Of a DNA stretch of 64,000 nt, positions 9,078 to 19,886 are shown piece after piece; position 1 is the stretch's first letter; each line of letters starts with the position of its first letter. The stretch spans positions 5,813-69,812 of the forward strand of contig CABREZ010000001.1 in the NCBI GenBank assembly GCA_902470035.1. The letters run 5' to 3'. The notes below the pieces were generated by a model. The model saw only the letters and a program-made list of their open reading frames with translations, was not told where the DNA came from and ran no database searches. Made by a program: the position numbers and the translations under genes. The stretch is from an uncultured Streptococcus sp. GTDB lineage: Bacteria; Bacillota; Bacilli; Lactobacillales; Streptococcaceae.

Positions 9078-12000
9078 TTAGGATTTCCGACGAGCGAATT
9101 TTACTCTTCCGCCTAAGAAGCCTAACCCGAGTAGTCCGATCCAGGCTAAGAAACTTGCCTTCTCTGATCCTGTCTGTGGCAGTTTTTCTTGGGACGGCAC
9201 AGGGTCCGGAGTTACGGCTTCTACCACAGGAGAAAGAGGAGTTTCTTTCGAAACCGTCGGTGTCAACAGCCGAGAAATTCCACTTTCTTTTTTATCTTCT
9301 GGTGGAAGGAGCTGTTTCGTTTCTTGTGAGTCTTCACTTGGACTTGTTGGTAGTGGCACATCCGGAATAATAGGAGCTTCTTCCGCTTCCTTCGTCCCGA
9401 CTTCTGTAATTTGGTCCTGCGATTCCACTTCGACAAAGGCATCGACTTCTGTCCGAATTTCTTTGCCTTCTTCTTGTCGAACCTCGATCAACTTCAATTT
9501 ACGACCTACTTGCCCTGCTTGAAGGATCCGGCTTTCGCCCTTGGCTAAGCCCTTGTTCTCACGCGTTTGAAGATTGAATGGAATCTCCTCTGCTTCTATG
9601 AGAAGCTCTGGCTTTTCAAGAATCAAGTCCCGAACACCTTCGTCTGGACGTGTCTGCGTCAGCGGTTCATAATTGCGAGCATCTTCTAGGGTGGTTTCAA
9701 GGGCTTCCACTTGATTCGCTGCAGCAACCAAATCTGGTTGCTCTTGATTCAACAACTGAGTCAATTCAGTCAATTGATGTTGAATAGTCGGTTTGAGGGC
9801 TGCTTTCAAGCGATCGAGAGAAGTAGCCTTGATCTTTTCTACTCCTTCTTTGATAATCTGTTGTAGCTCTTCTTGACTGAGCAACTGACTATCTTTTCCT
9901 GATAGGACAAACCGGTCTACCTGGATGGCTCTAGATGACTGAGGATCATTGAGGGCTGGATCTAGGTGCAAGCGTAGCTGGTGGTAGCCTTTTGCTAGGC
10001 CTTGCAGATTGACCAAACTCTGATCGAGTTTGCGTTGATCTCCGTAGCCACTGAAGTAATGATCGCCTTCGATCTCATAATCATGACCACGCCCTTCTTC
10101 AAAGGCGATTTCTTTTCCGTCTAGGGTGACGCTGTAGAGACCATGACTTGGATCAACCACGCCTCGAACCTCCACTCCAGTTCCCTTAAAGGTGATGGTC
10201 ACATCAATGTGTTTCTTGCCTTCCTCATCGGTCACTTGGTTAAAGCTAGACCAGGATTCTGTTCCATTTGAGAAGTTTTGATTGTCTGCCTCATGATGCC
10301 AACCTTGGCTGTAGTGCAGTTTTGGATCTTGGTCATCCACTTCTTTACGATTTTCTGGAAGCAGGTCCTCGTTCATCACTTGGACTGTCAGCTCTGGAAT
10401 AAAGCCGACCAGACTTCCTTGATCCGGATGCAACAATTTGACCTTAAAGTCATAGACATCTGTCGCCTTGCCTGCAAAATCAAGGGTTGGGACTTGGACT
10501 GTTTTTTCTGTCTCTCCATCTGCAAACTCGAGAGTGACATTGGTATCTTTATAAACCTTGCCATGAACCCCTGTTCCTGGTTCTGTGATTAATTTAAGAC
10601 TAGCACTTCCTTTAGAGCCACCTTTTCTCTTGACGACGACTTGCGCTGGGTCGCCTTTCTTAACGGATAGGGTTGGCTGAGCAAACTCAAAGAGACCCTT
10701 TTCTTGGTTATTGAGGGCATAAATCCCTTCCGTTGCGATCGCATCTCCCTTGCTATTGACCAAGGTCAAGGTGTGGGATCCGGCTGCCAAGTCTGGCGTT
10801 TCATAGACCTTTTGGCTCCGTTTGCGGCTTGGGCTTTGGGTATTGACCGTCGCTAGCTTTTGGCCATCGACATAGACATCCATTTCCCCATGACCAGGGT
10901 CCACAGTTGCGACCACATAGGCCTTGGTGCCTTCAAACTGATAGGTCACCGAAGCTCCCTTTTCCTTGGTCCACATAGAGGTACCTCGAACGCCTTCTCC
11001 CTCTTCATTCCATTGGCTATTGGCCCGATCAGCAGTCCGGTCAGAATGATAGGCCAAACCAAGCGGATAGCCATCCGTTTCTTCAATGCTAGCTGGCGTC
11101 TTATAGACAGAGACGCCGTTCAAGATTGGAGTGGCTTGGGCATCGGTGATGGACACCCGGATATAGCGACTATCAACTGGTTGCCCTTTGATCAATCGGC
11201 GATATCCTACGGTTGAACCAGCCCCAAAAGGAACCCATTGACCATTCACAGCCACATCGATGGTAAAACCGGAAATCCGTTGGCCTTTCTCGATAGTTTC
11301 TTTGAGCTCTACAACATCAAAGTGTTGCTCTTTTCCAAGATCGAGGACAAAAGAGCCGGTCTTGGCATCATCTGCAGGTGCCCAACTGGTCTTTTCATCG
11401 CCATCTGTCAAATGGCTGGCTGAATAATGAGCATTGCGCCGTGTCGAGTCAGCTTCTACCAAAGCTCCTGCAGCATAGTTCACACTGTAGAGTTGGTCCA
11501 AGGTCTGGCGGAATTCTTTCAAACGGGCTACATCGGCATCCGCAAATTTCCCGTCTTGATTCGGTGGAATATTGAGCAGAAGCGGGGTGCCACGGCCGAC
11601 CGATTTGAAGTAAATGTCCATCAATTCGCGTAAGGACTTAGGCTCTTGATTGTCATGGTAGAACCAGCCGGAGCGAATAGAGACATCGGCTTCTCCCACT
11701 GAGTATTGTTTCCCTTCTGGATCCCCGTGATTGAGGTAGCTATTGGATGGATTGTTGCGGATCTTATCTGGATTGACCTTTTGCCAAACCGGATCTCCGG
11801 CAATCCCCTTTTCATTTCCGATCCAACGAACATTGGTTGGCTCAGCTGAGAAGATGGCAATATCTCCTTGGGCCTTGCGGATGGCATCAAACCACTTGTC
11901 GAAGGTATAGGTGACTTTTTGAGCCCCATCGCCACGCGCTCCATCCATCCAGACTTCCACGAACTTGCCCTTGTTTCCATATTTTGGATCTTCAAGGATT

Positions 12001-12767
12001 TCTTTTAGCTGGTTGAGATAGTATTCGTTGTATTTGTCCTCTGTATCCACATGGTAGAGCGGGCTGTGAGCATCCCAAGGGGAGAGGTAGACACCCATAT
12101 CCATGTCATACTTGCTGGCAGAAGCAGAAACTTCGGCTAGAACATCGCCTTTTCCTTCCTTCCAACTACTTTTGGCAATGGTATGGTCGGTGTATTTAGA
12201 AGGGTACAAGAGGAAGCCATCGTGGTGCTTGACGACCATGATGGTCCGTTTGAAGCCAGCATCTTTCAGGGTTTTGATCCACTGATCGGTATCCAGATGC
12301 TCTGGATAGAAATAATAAGGATCTTCTTGCCCATCTCCCCACTCACGATCGTAGTAGGTATTCATCCCAAAGTGAATGAAGGCTGCTAGTTCTTCGCGGT
12401 GGTATTGCATTTGGGCCTTGCTTGGAAGCGGTCCGTAATCCGCAATCTCAGGCTCCTCATCTAGAGAAGTGGCTGGTTGGGCTGCTTCTGTCCCTTGGCT
12501 GACTGCGCGGATTTCTTTCTCACTCGTTGCGGGTGAGGAATGTTCTGATTCTTCTTGGTGCTCTTTCACAGTTTTATCCTCCTCCCCTTGATGTTCGACA
12601 TCACTTGTGTCGACTCGTTCTTCACGAGTCTCACTCCTCTCAGCTTGTTCCTCTGCATAACTGGTAGTGACTCCTAAAAAACAAGTCGCTACCACTACGG
12701 AGCAAACCCCTACTGAGAGTTTGCGAATGCCAAATCGATTTCTCTTATCAAATAATCTTTTTCCCAT
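9078..12767 (-). CDS. Cell-wall-anchored alpha-L-fucosidase (GH29; F5/8C-CBM32, Calx-beta, G5, LPQTG)
   Basis: YSIRK-type signal 'FGIRKLSVG'; GH29 motifs 'FIHFGMNTY', 'KHHDGF', 'VWMDGA'; G5 domain; LPQTG anchor with TM and basic tail. Start reassigned to 12767. Confidence 0.9.
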   Translation of the reverse strand: MGKRLFDKRNRFGIRKLSVGVCSVVVATCFLGVTTSYAEEQAERSETREERVDTSDVEHQGEEDKTVKEHQEESEHSSPATSEKEIRAVSQGTEAAQPATSLDEEPEIADYGPLPSKAQMQYHREELAAFIHFGMNTYYDREWGDGQEDPYYFYPEHLDTDQWIKTLKDAGFKRTIMVVKHHDGFLLYPSKYTDHTIAKSSWKEGKGDVLAEVSASASKYDMDMGVYLSPWDAHSPLYHVDTEDKYNEYYLNQLKEILEDPKYGNKGKFVEVWMDGARGDGAQKVTYTFDKWFDAIRKAQGDIAIFSAEPTNVRWIGNEKGIAGDPVWQKVNPDKIRNNPSNSYLNHGDPEGKQYSVGEADVSIRSGWFYHDNQEPKSLRELMDIYFKSVGRGTPLLLNIPPNQDGKFADADVARLKEFRQTLDQLYSVNYAAGALVEADSTRRNAHYSASHLTDGDEKTSWAPADDAKTGSFVLDLGKEQHFDVVELKETIEKGQRISGFTIDVAVNGQWVPFGAGSTVGYRRLIKGQPVDSRYIRVSITDAQATPILNGVSVYKTPASIEETDGYPLGLAYHSDRTADRANSQWNEEGEGVRGTSMWTKEKGASVTYQFEGTKAYVVATVDPGHGEMDVYVDGQKLATVNTQSPSRKRSQKVYETPDLAAGSHTLTLVNSKGDAIATEGIYALNNQEKGLFEFAQPTLSVKKGDPAQVVVKRKGGSKGSASLKLITEPGTGVHGKVYKDTNVTLEFADGETEKTVQVPTLDFAGKATDVYDFKVKLLHPDQGSLVGFIPELTVQVMNEDLLPENRKEVDDQDPKLHYSQGWHHEADNQNFSNGTESWSSFNQVTDEEGKKHIDVTITFKGTGVEVRGVVDPSHGLYSVTLDGKEIAFEEGRGHDYEIEGDHYFSGYGDQRKLDQSLVNLQGLAKGYHQLRLHLDPALNDPQSSRAIQVDRFVLSGKDSQLLSQEELQQIIKEGVEKIKATSLDRLKAALKPTIQHQLTELTQLLNQEQPDLVAAANQVEALETTLEDARNYEPLTQTRPDEGVRDLILEKPELLIEAEEIPFNLQTRENKGLAKGESRILQAGQVGRKLKLIEVRQEEGKEIRTEVDAFVEVESQDQITEVGTKEAEEAPIIPDVPLPTSPSEDSQETKQLLPPEDKKESGISRLLTPTVSKETPLSPVVEAVTPDPVPSQEKLPQTGSEKASFLAWIGLLGLGFLGGRVKFARRKS

Positions 12768-12872
12768 ATTCCATTCCTTTATGTCATCAGGTAAAGAGGG
12801 TGGAGACTCCCCCATCCTCTTTCTGTTACCTGTGAATTTTTCACCGTATGTTTACTGATTTATCCAGCTTTT

Positions 12873-15800
12873 TTACTTGGCCTTATCGGCTCTTTTTTTC
12901 TTATCATCCAGCACAGCACCGGCAAGTCCTGCTGCTAGGAGACCTGCAACGAGACTTGCGACACTTTCGTCTGATCCTGTATCTGGCAAGGAAGCTTGCG
13001 CAGCGGTCACAGCCACTTTCACCCCTTCCTCATGTAAGTCTGAGACTACTGAGGATGATAGTGCTTGAGGATTTGCAAGAGGCTCCTTGGTACCGACTTC
13101 GATAATTTCAGCTAGAGCTTCTGACTCGACCAGACTGTTGATCACTGTACGAGTCTCAACCCCATTTTCTTGCGAAACTTGTACAAAATGAAGCTTACGA
13201 CCTTTGCGTCCTGCTTGAACTACTCTCTGTTCACCCTTCAGTAACTGATCGTTTGGACGCTCTTGGTTGGCAAATTCAAGCTCTTCTGCCTCTATGACAA
13301 GTTCTGGTTTACTGTGAACCAAGTTCTTCACGCCTTCTTCAGGAACGGCTGTACCTGGAGGCGTTGGCTTGTCACTAGGATTTTCCACTGGAACTTCCTT
13401 GGTGCCGACTTCTGTGATCTCTGCTACTGGTTCTACCTCGACAAAAGCATCGACTTCCTTACGAGATTCCACTCCATTTTCTTGTGATACTTCTACAAGA
13501 TGGAGCTTGCGTCCTACTTGGCCTTCTTGCACCAGCTTCTTCTCACCTTTCGGCAGGCTATCATTTGGACGTTCTTCACGCGCAAAATCAAGTTCCTCTG
13601 CCTCAATGATGAGCTCTGACTTCGTATGGACCAAATTCTTCACACCATCTTCAGGAATAGCGGTTCCTGTAGGTGCTTTTGCTATGAGTGAGATTTGATA
13701 TACTTTTTCTAGCTTGCCATCTTCTGAGACAACCTTGACAAGAACCGGAGCATTGGCACTTTTAGCATCCACGACCGTAACGGCTGTTCCATTCTTGCCT
13801 TGTGCTGAAACGATTGGACGTTCTCCCTCATACTCTAGATGATAATCTGTCACCTCTGGTTTAAAACCTTCTAGGTCTTTGCCATTCACTTGGATCGTGA
13901 CATCAGTTGTTGCTTGGGCCTCTTCTGTTGGGGCATAGGCACTCAATTCAACGATTCCAATTCCTTTTAGATTTTCATCACGGACCATTCTTAAACGGAT
14001 GGCTTTGGTTCTGATTTCGTTGAAGCTGAGGTTAGAGATATAACCAGGTTCAAAGGCATAATCCAAGCTATACGGGATTTCTTCCCAGTTAGAGGCCTTG
14101 TTAAATGGATGATCTGGAAGATTTTTCAGATTGCCGTAATCATCTGGGACATCGAAGTCTGGACCAATGTAGCGTTCAAGAACAGTTTTCGTTGGCAGAC
14201 CTGTTTCCTGATCTGCAAAGAAGTCGACCGCTACTTTATTGACTAAGCGCTCTGTTACTTGACCATTTTTCTTGAAGATGAGACCAGCAAACACTTCGGT
14301 TTGATCCGGCTCTCTCTTCCAGTTGGTCCAACGGTAGTACTCGTTGTAGCCACCATCATTGATGTAATCGATATAGTCGATTTGATTTGGATCGAGATCG
14401 TTGGTTTCACTAGCAAATGCTCTGGTATCCTCTGCATTGTAGTCACGGTTCACAGAGAGGATTTCTCCGGTTTTTTCTGACACCCGGACGGTCAGCTGAG
14501 CTGTCAGATCATAGCCGAGGACTTTTCCTTCTAACGTGAAGCTACCTTCATGAGAAAGTGCATCAGCTGGGATAGCCTGCCAGTCCACCGTCAGTTCCTT
14601 GCGTTCATAACCTGTGCCCCCTTTGAAGTAGACACCTACTGTAGATGGTAGAGCTAGATCTTGACCGACTTTCACAAAACGTCTGCCTGCTTCTACTGCT
14701 ACTGGGGCAGCTTGTTGCAGTTTTTCTGCATCACTTGTGAGATGGAGGCGGTATTCTTGTAAGATAGTACCATCTTCCGCTTTATGGACGACACGGATTG
14801 GCTCACCTTCATGGACGCTTGGCACAACCGTTGCAAGACCGTGATGGCTAGCTGTCGCTTCCACTTGTGGATAAGCCCGATCACGCGCATCGATGTAGTA
14901 ATCGGTCACACTTGGATTAACTCCTGGCAAAACCTCACCGTTGACACGAATGGTCACCTGGCTCTTTTCTTCTGCCGCAACCTTATTGGCAAATACCTGA
15001 ATCTCTGAAATAGAGCTTCCACGTTTACCTTCTGGTGTCTTCATACGGATCCGAACGGCATAGGTGTCGACTTTATCAAAACTAAAATGATTCATCTTGC
15101 CAGCTGTCACTGCTTCTTGAACACTTAGGTTGCTGACTTCTTTCCAGTTGGCTGGGTTGTTAAATGGATGGTCTGTTTCGTCTTTGACGCGATTTGGATT
15201 GCTTGGTACTGTTGGGATTTGCTCCCCTACATAGTACTCAATAACATATTCACTTGGAGCCCCAACGCCGTGGTCTTCATGGAAACCAACATGGAGGTTG
15301 TCCACTGCTCGCTTGGTCAAGATACCAGAATCTCCAAACAAGATACCGACAGAATCTTCCGCATTGTCACGGCCCCAGTTGGTCCAACGGTTGGCTGGAG
15401 CATCGGTAAAGGAAATGACTTTGTCATTGACCTTAGCAACTGGATCTGCATCATTAGAGTCACTTGCAAAGGCGAGTGGCAAGACTGAGCCTGTCCATTG
15501 CTCTGCTACGTTGGCTCCCTTGACTGTGTTTGCGGAAACACGGATATGGAGACGGGTTGGAAGGTTGGTTCCTTCTACACGACCGGAGATAACAACTTCT
15601 CCTTCTTGGGCCAAGAGTTGCGGATCGACAGCATCCCAAGCTACCTTGGCAGCATAGGTCTTGCCATTAGAGTGATAGGTACGCACGCTTTCTGGAAGAG
15701 CTGGTTTTTCTCCGACTGGCGTTGTCGTGCTAACTTCTTCTACAGCGATAATGCCTTCAACTGTGACTTGGGCCTGGGCTTCTTTCTCCACACCCTCTAC

Positions 15801-18800
15801 ATGACCTGTGACTGTAAAGCTATGGTAATCCTTGACTTGATCTGCTGTTACGGCATCCCAGGTCACACGTTTTTCTTTCGGGAATCCCTTATCATACTCG
15901 ACCAAGACTGTCTCTGGAAGAACTGGCAACACGTTTCGATCGGTGCTGATCCGTACAGGACGCACCTTAACAACTGTCTTTTCTTCAGGATTTGGCGTGA
16001 TGGTAAAGCTGATTTCTCCTGTCTGTCCCTGGAAGCTAGCTTGTAAATGAACCAAGCCTGCTTCTCGCAGTTCCAAACCTTTCTTGCTTACGACTGCTTT
16101 TCCTTGACTTCCCGCTGCTGTTGCCACATCGATTTGATCTGCTTGGAGACTAGCCACACTGCCATCTTGGTAATGAGCAATGACATCAAGCGTTACTGTT
16201 TGGTCTTCCTTGAGTTCTTGCCCTTCTGGCAGACGCAATTCTAGGCGCTGGATCTGTGGACTTTCTTCTTGGAATTGCACCACATAGGTCTGAACAGCTC
16301 CCGTATCCTGAGCAGTCACAAAGATTTGAGCTTTCAAACCATTTTCACGACTAGCTTGTAGGACCGTCACTTGGGCATTTTCTGCACTTGCTGTGACTTG
16401 ACCAGGCTCTTGCCCATAAGCCAATGGGCGGAAAATAGTATGGTTGCCACTGCCAAATTTTGGAAGGGCTACTCCATCTAGCTGTACTGTTGGTTTCTTA
16501 GCCTTGCTGACTGTTCCACCAGCAACCACCAGAGTCGCTTGGACTGCTTCCCCATTGCCTAGGAGACCTGTAGCCTTCAAGCGAGCACCTGGTGTGGACA
16601 ACTGATCTTCTTGACCAGCTTCCAAGGTCCATTGATCAACTTCATAGCTAACTGTCCGGCCATCTGTGAAGACCAATTGCACAGTCTTATCCACTGTCGC
16701 TAGATCTGCTCCCTGCGGGATTTGTTTGATGACTGGAAGGACTTGCTCCACACCGATCACATCGACTAGAGCTTCGATCGTCCGTCCTTGAACATGACCT
16801 GTCACACGAACTTGGCCAGCACGACTATAGTCTGCCGCATCCCATTCGACGGCTTCTTCTTGGGCCTTGCCATCACTATAAACAACAGATACGTGACTTG
16901 GAAGTTCAGGATTTTGTCCCAAGTACACTTTAGTTCGAACCGGTTCGACTCCCAAGACAGAGCGTTCTTCCTGGTCCTTCTTACCAGTAAAGAGGCTGAC
17001 TTGGTCTGACTGCAAGCGGTCTGAGTCTGCATACAGGGTAAAGGCACCTGCTTGCTCAGTCGATTTGACAATGACAACCCCTTTGCCGTTAAAGGCCCGA
17101 CGTTGCCATGAGCCATCTTCCTGTGCTTTGTAGCGTTCCCGGCTAGCTTGTTCCCCGTTGTCGACACCGACAATTTGGCCTTGGCCATGCAAATGGAAAT
17201 GCACCAAGTTATTGGCAGTTGGTACGACACGGCCTGCTTCATCGACGATTTCATAGGTAATATAAGTCAAATCCTTGCCGTCTGCCGCAATGGCGTGTTC
17301 TTCTTTCAATAGACGAACACCGGCTGGCTTCCCAGCTGTTTCAATCTGATCGCGGGCAATCACTTCTCCTGCTTCGTTGCGGGCAATAGCTTCCACCTTA
17401 CCTGGCACATAAGGAACCAACCACTCTAGATAGAGTTCATCCGGATTTGCCCCTTCTTGGTAAGTCCGGCCATCTGCTGTGGTCTTCTTGGTAAAGGTCT
17501 TGACTCCTTGTGATTCCCCATTGACAATCAATTCCACACTGTGGGCATTGGAGAAGGCACGAACAGGAATCCGACCTTCTTCATTCATGACACGATTGGC
17601 TAATTCTGGATTGTCCCAGTTCCAATGTGGTAAAAGATGGACCATTGGATGTTTTTCAGCTGACAACCATTGACTTTGGTAAAGGTAAAAATCATTCTTT
17701 GGAAGGCCGGCAGTATCGACAATACCGAAATAAGAACTTTTCACAGGTGTGTCATTTTGGTTGTGCCATGGTGTTGGCTCACCGATATAATCGGTACCTG
17801 TCCAGATAAATTGACCTGCATAACCGGCATGATCACGGTCAAAGGTCCAAGAGGCTGTCGCTGTCCGACCCCAACCAACCCGGTCATTGCCGTAGTCTGA
17901 TTGTTCATAGTGGCGGTCTTCTTGGTTGCTTCCGACCCATTCTCTTTCAGGATGGTAGTAAGAGCCCCGTGTCCGCGTTGCAGAAGAGGTTTCAGAACCA
18001 TAAATGAGCCAGTTTGGATGTTTAGCTCGTAGGCTTTCGTAGTTGGCCTCTGAATAGTTAAATCCAACTGCATCAAGCTCTGCGGCTACCTTTTCATGGC
18101 CTCCCGAACCATCACCAAAGCGGAATTTGTCAGCTCCCATGGTGACATAGCGGGTTGTATCCACTTCCTTGATGGTCTTGACCAACCGACGAACGGTTGC
18201 GACAGACTTATCAGATCCATCTGCTTCACCGACTTCGTTACCGATTGACCACATCACAATAGAAGGATTGTTCTTGCCTCGCTCTACCATGGTCCGAAGG
18301 TCATAGTCAGACCACTTATCCCCTTTACGAGCTTCTGGATGTGTTGCATCCTTTTCAAAGAATCGACCGTAATCGTATTGCTTCTTGCCACCATACCAGG
18401 TATCAAAGGCTTCTTCTTGGACCATCAAGCCCAACTCAGCAGCAATTTGCAGGGTTTGTTCACTCGCTGGGTTGTGGGTCGTCCGGATGGCATTGACCCC
18501 CATGTCCTTCATCTGTTTGAGACGGCGGTATTCAGCCTTGTAATTTTCCTCAGCTCCGAGGGCCCCATGGTCATGGTGAAGGGAAACACCGTGGAATTTC
18601 GTAGCCACCCCGTTAAGGAAGAAGCCCCCTTCTGGTGTCCAATTGAGATAGCGATAACCAAAGCGTTCCTTTTGCACATCGACCAATTGCGAATCCCGAT
18701 AAACCCGTGTATACAGAGTATAAAGGGCTGGGTTATTGGTTTTGACATCCCAGAGTGTTGGTTTTTCAACATGAAGGGTATGAGACAGGTTGATCTCTTG

Positions 18801-19844
18801 ACCAGCCAAAACGGATTGCACTTCACTGCGCACCTTTTCACTGACCACTTGACCATTTTGATCGACGATTTCGTATTCCGCATACACACTGTGGGCTTGA
18901 TCATCTTGGTTGACAATACGACTCTTCACAAGAGTATCGACTGCCCCATTCTGTTGTTCTTCTAATTTTGGACTCGTGATAGTGGTCCCATACTTAGCCA
19001 CATGAACCTTGTCCGTCACACTGAGTTTGACATCTCGATAAATCCCACTTCCAGAATACCAACGACTACTTGGTTGTTGGTTGACCACATGAACCGCGAT
19101 GGTGTTTTCACTTCCATCCGCATTTAAATAAGGGGTAATATCATAAGAAAAGGCATTGTAGCCATTTGGATAATGACCTACAAATTGTCCGTTTACATAG
19201 ACTTTCGAATCCATGTAAACTCCACCAAATTCCAAGCGGACTTTCTTATCTAGATCTTTGTCATCCAAACGGAAGGTCTTGCGATACCAAGCATCCCCAC
19301 CGTTTAATTGTCCCCCTTCATTTTGAGCCGGAGAATTGTGATCGAAGTCAAAGAAGATTGACCAATCGTGTGGCAAATCTAATTTTTTCCAGTTTTTGAC
19401 ATCCACCTGGCGACCTTCTGCACCAGGAGCTGCATTTAACTTGAAATACCAGTCCTTGTTAAAATCTCGTTCGCGATCTTGCACCATGTCCTCCGCTGCT
19501 TGTTTTTGATCCTTCGCAGCCTCTTCAGTAGCCCCAGCAGAACGTTCACTTGTTTGAGGTTCCACCTGTGGCTTTTCGATTTCGCTCTCATTTCTTTCAG
19601 TAGTAATCACAGCAGGTGCCTCTATGGTTGTTGAAGCTTTATCACTTGTCCCAACTTCTCCATTCGTCACCTCTGACGCTTCCCTTGTGGCTGTCAGCTC
19701 CTCTTCTGTTACAGCTCTTCCTTCTTCTTCAGCTAAGACAGATGGAGCTCCAAAAAAAGATACACCGATTAAAACAGAACAAGCTCCAACCGCGAGCTTG
19801 AGAATACTAAATACACTGCGCTTTTCAAAAAAAGACTTTCCCAT
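12873..19844 (-). CDS. bgaA: Cell-wall-anchored beta-galactosidase (GH2, Ig-like repeats, CBM modules, two G5, LPDTG)
   Basis: 'NAIRTTHNP', 'MWSIGNE', 'YGSETSS', 'GQFIWTGTDYIGEPTP'; architecture of pneumococcal BgaA. Start reassigned to 19844. Confidence 0.93.
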   Translation of the reverse strand: MGKSFFEKRSVFSILKLAVGACSVLIGVSFFGAPSVLAEEEGRAVTEEELTATREASEVTNGEVGTSDKASTTIEAPAVITTERNESEIEKPQVEPQTSERSAGATEEAAKDQKQAAEDMVQDRERDFNKDWYFKLNAAPGAEGRQVDVKNWKKLDLPHDWSIFFDFDHNSPAQNEGGQLNGGDAWYRKTFRLDDKDLDKKVRLEFGGVYMDSKVYVNGQFVGHYPNGYNAFSYDITPYLNADGSENTIAVHVVNQQPSSRWYSGSGIYRDVKLSVTDKVHVAKYGTTITSPKLEEQQNGAVDTLVKSRIVNQDDQAHSVYAEYEIVDQNGQVVSEKVRSEVQSVLAGQEINLSHTLHVEKPTLWDVKTNNPALYTLYTRVYRDSQLVDVQKERFGYRYLNWTPEGGFFLNGVATKFHGVSLHHDHGALGAEENYKAEYRRLKQMKDMGVNAIRTTHNPASEQTLQIAAELGLMVQEEAFDTWYGGKKQYDYGRFFEKDATHPEARKGDKWSDYDLRTMVERGKNNPSIVMWSIGNEVGEADGSDKSVATVRRLVKTIKEVDTTRYVTMGADKFRFGDGSGGHEKVAAELDAVGFNYSEANYESLRAKHPNWLIYGSETSSATRTRGSYYHPEREWVGSNQEDRHYEQSDYGNDRVGWGRTATASWTFDRDHAGYAGQFIWTGTDYIGEPTPWHNQNDTPVKSSYFGIVDTAGLPKNDFYLYQSQWLSAEKHPMVHLLPHWNWDNPELANRVMNEEGRIPVRAFSNAHSVELIVNGESQGVKTFTKKTTADGRTYQEGANPDELYLEWLVPYVPGKVEAIARNEAGEVIARDQIETAGKPAGVRLLKEEHAIAADGKDLTYITYEIVDEAGRVVPTANNLVHFHLHGQGQIVGVDNGEQASRERYKAQEDGSWQRRAFNGKGVVIVKSTEQAGAFTLYADSDRLQSDQVSLFTGKKDQEERSVLGVEPVRTKVYLGQNPELPSHVSVVYSDGKAQEEAVEWDAADYSRAGQVRVTGHVQGRTIEALVDVIGVEQVLPVIKQIPQGADLATVDKTVQLVFTDGRTVSYEVDQWTLEAGQEDQLSTPGARLKATGLLGNGEAVQATLVVAGGTVSKAKKPTVQLDGVALPKFGSGNHTIFRPLAYGQEPGQVTASAENAQVTVLQASRENGLKAQIFVTAQDTGAVQTYVVQFQEESPQIQRLELRLPEGQELKEDQTVTLDVIAHYQDGSVASLQADQIDVATAAGSQGKAVVSKKGLELREAGLVHLQASFQGQTGEISFTITPNPEEKTVVKVRPVRISTDRNVLPVLPETVLVEYDKGFPKEKRVTWDAVTADQVKDYHSFTVTGHVEGVEKEAQAQVTVEGIIAVEEVSTTTPVGEKPALPESVRTYHSNGKTYAAKVAWDAVDPQLLAQEGEVVISGRVEGTNLPTRLHIRVSANTVKGANVAEQWTGSVLPLAFASDSNDADPVAKVNDKVISFTDAPANRWTNWGRDNAEDSVGILFGDSGILTKRAVDNLHVGFHEDHGVGAPSEYVIEYYVGEQIPTVPSNPNRVKDETDHPFNNPANWKEVSNLSVQEAVTAGKMNHFSFDKVDTYAVRIRMKTPEGKRGSSISEIQVFANKVAAEEKSQVTIRVNGEVLPGVNPSVTDYYIDARDRAYPQVEATASHHGLATVVPSVHEGEPIRVVHKAEDGTILQEYRLHLTSDAEKLQQAAPVAVEAGRRFVKVGQDLALPSTVGVYFKGGTGYERKELTVDWQAIPADALSHEGSFTLEGKVLGYDLTAQLTVRVSEKTGEILSVNRDYNAEDTRAFASETNDLDPNQIDYIDYINDGGYNEYYRWTNWKREPDQTEVFAGLIFKKNGQVTERLVNKVAVDFFADQETGLPTKTVLERYIGPDFDVPDDYGNLKNLPDHPFNKASNWEEIPYSLDYAFEPGYISNLSFNEIRTKAIRLRMVRDENLKGIGIVELSAYAPTEEAQATTDVTIQVNGKDLEGFKPEVTDYHLEYEGERPIVSAQGKNGTAVTVVDAKSANAPVLVKVVSEDGKLEKVYQISLIAKAPTGTAIPEDGVKNLVHTKSELIIEAEELDFAREERPNDSLPKGEKKLVQEGQVGRKLHLVEVSQENGVESRKEVDAFVEVEPVAEITEVGTKEVPVENPSDKPTPPGTAVPEEGVKNLVHSKPELVIEAEELEFANQERPNDQLLKGEQRVVQAGRKGRKLHFVQVSQENGVETRTVINSLVESEALAEIIEVGTKEPLANPQALSSSVVSDLHEEGVKVAVTAAQASLPDTGSDESVASLVAGLLAAGLAGAVLDDKKKRADKAK

Positions 19845-19872
19845 ATTTAACCTCCATTTAAACAATTAATAT

Positions 19873-19886
19873 AGTAAGCGCTTTCA
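19873..19886 (-). promoter_or_regulatory. cre (CcpA) site upstream of bgaA
   Basis: Minus strand TGAAAGCGCTTACT fits TGWAARCGYTWNCW; lies between the likely promoter (about 19916-19949) and the RBS. Confidence 0.8.
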
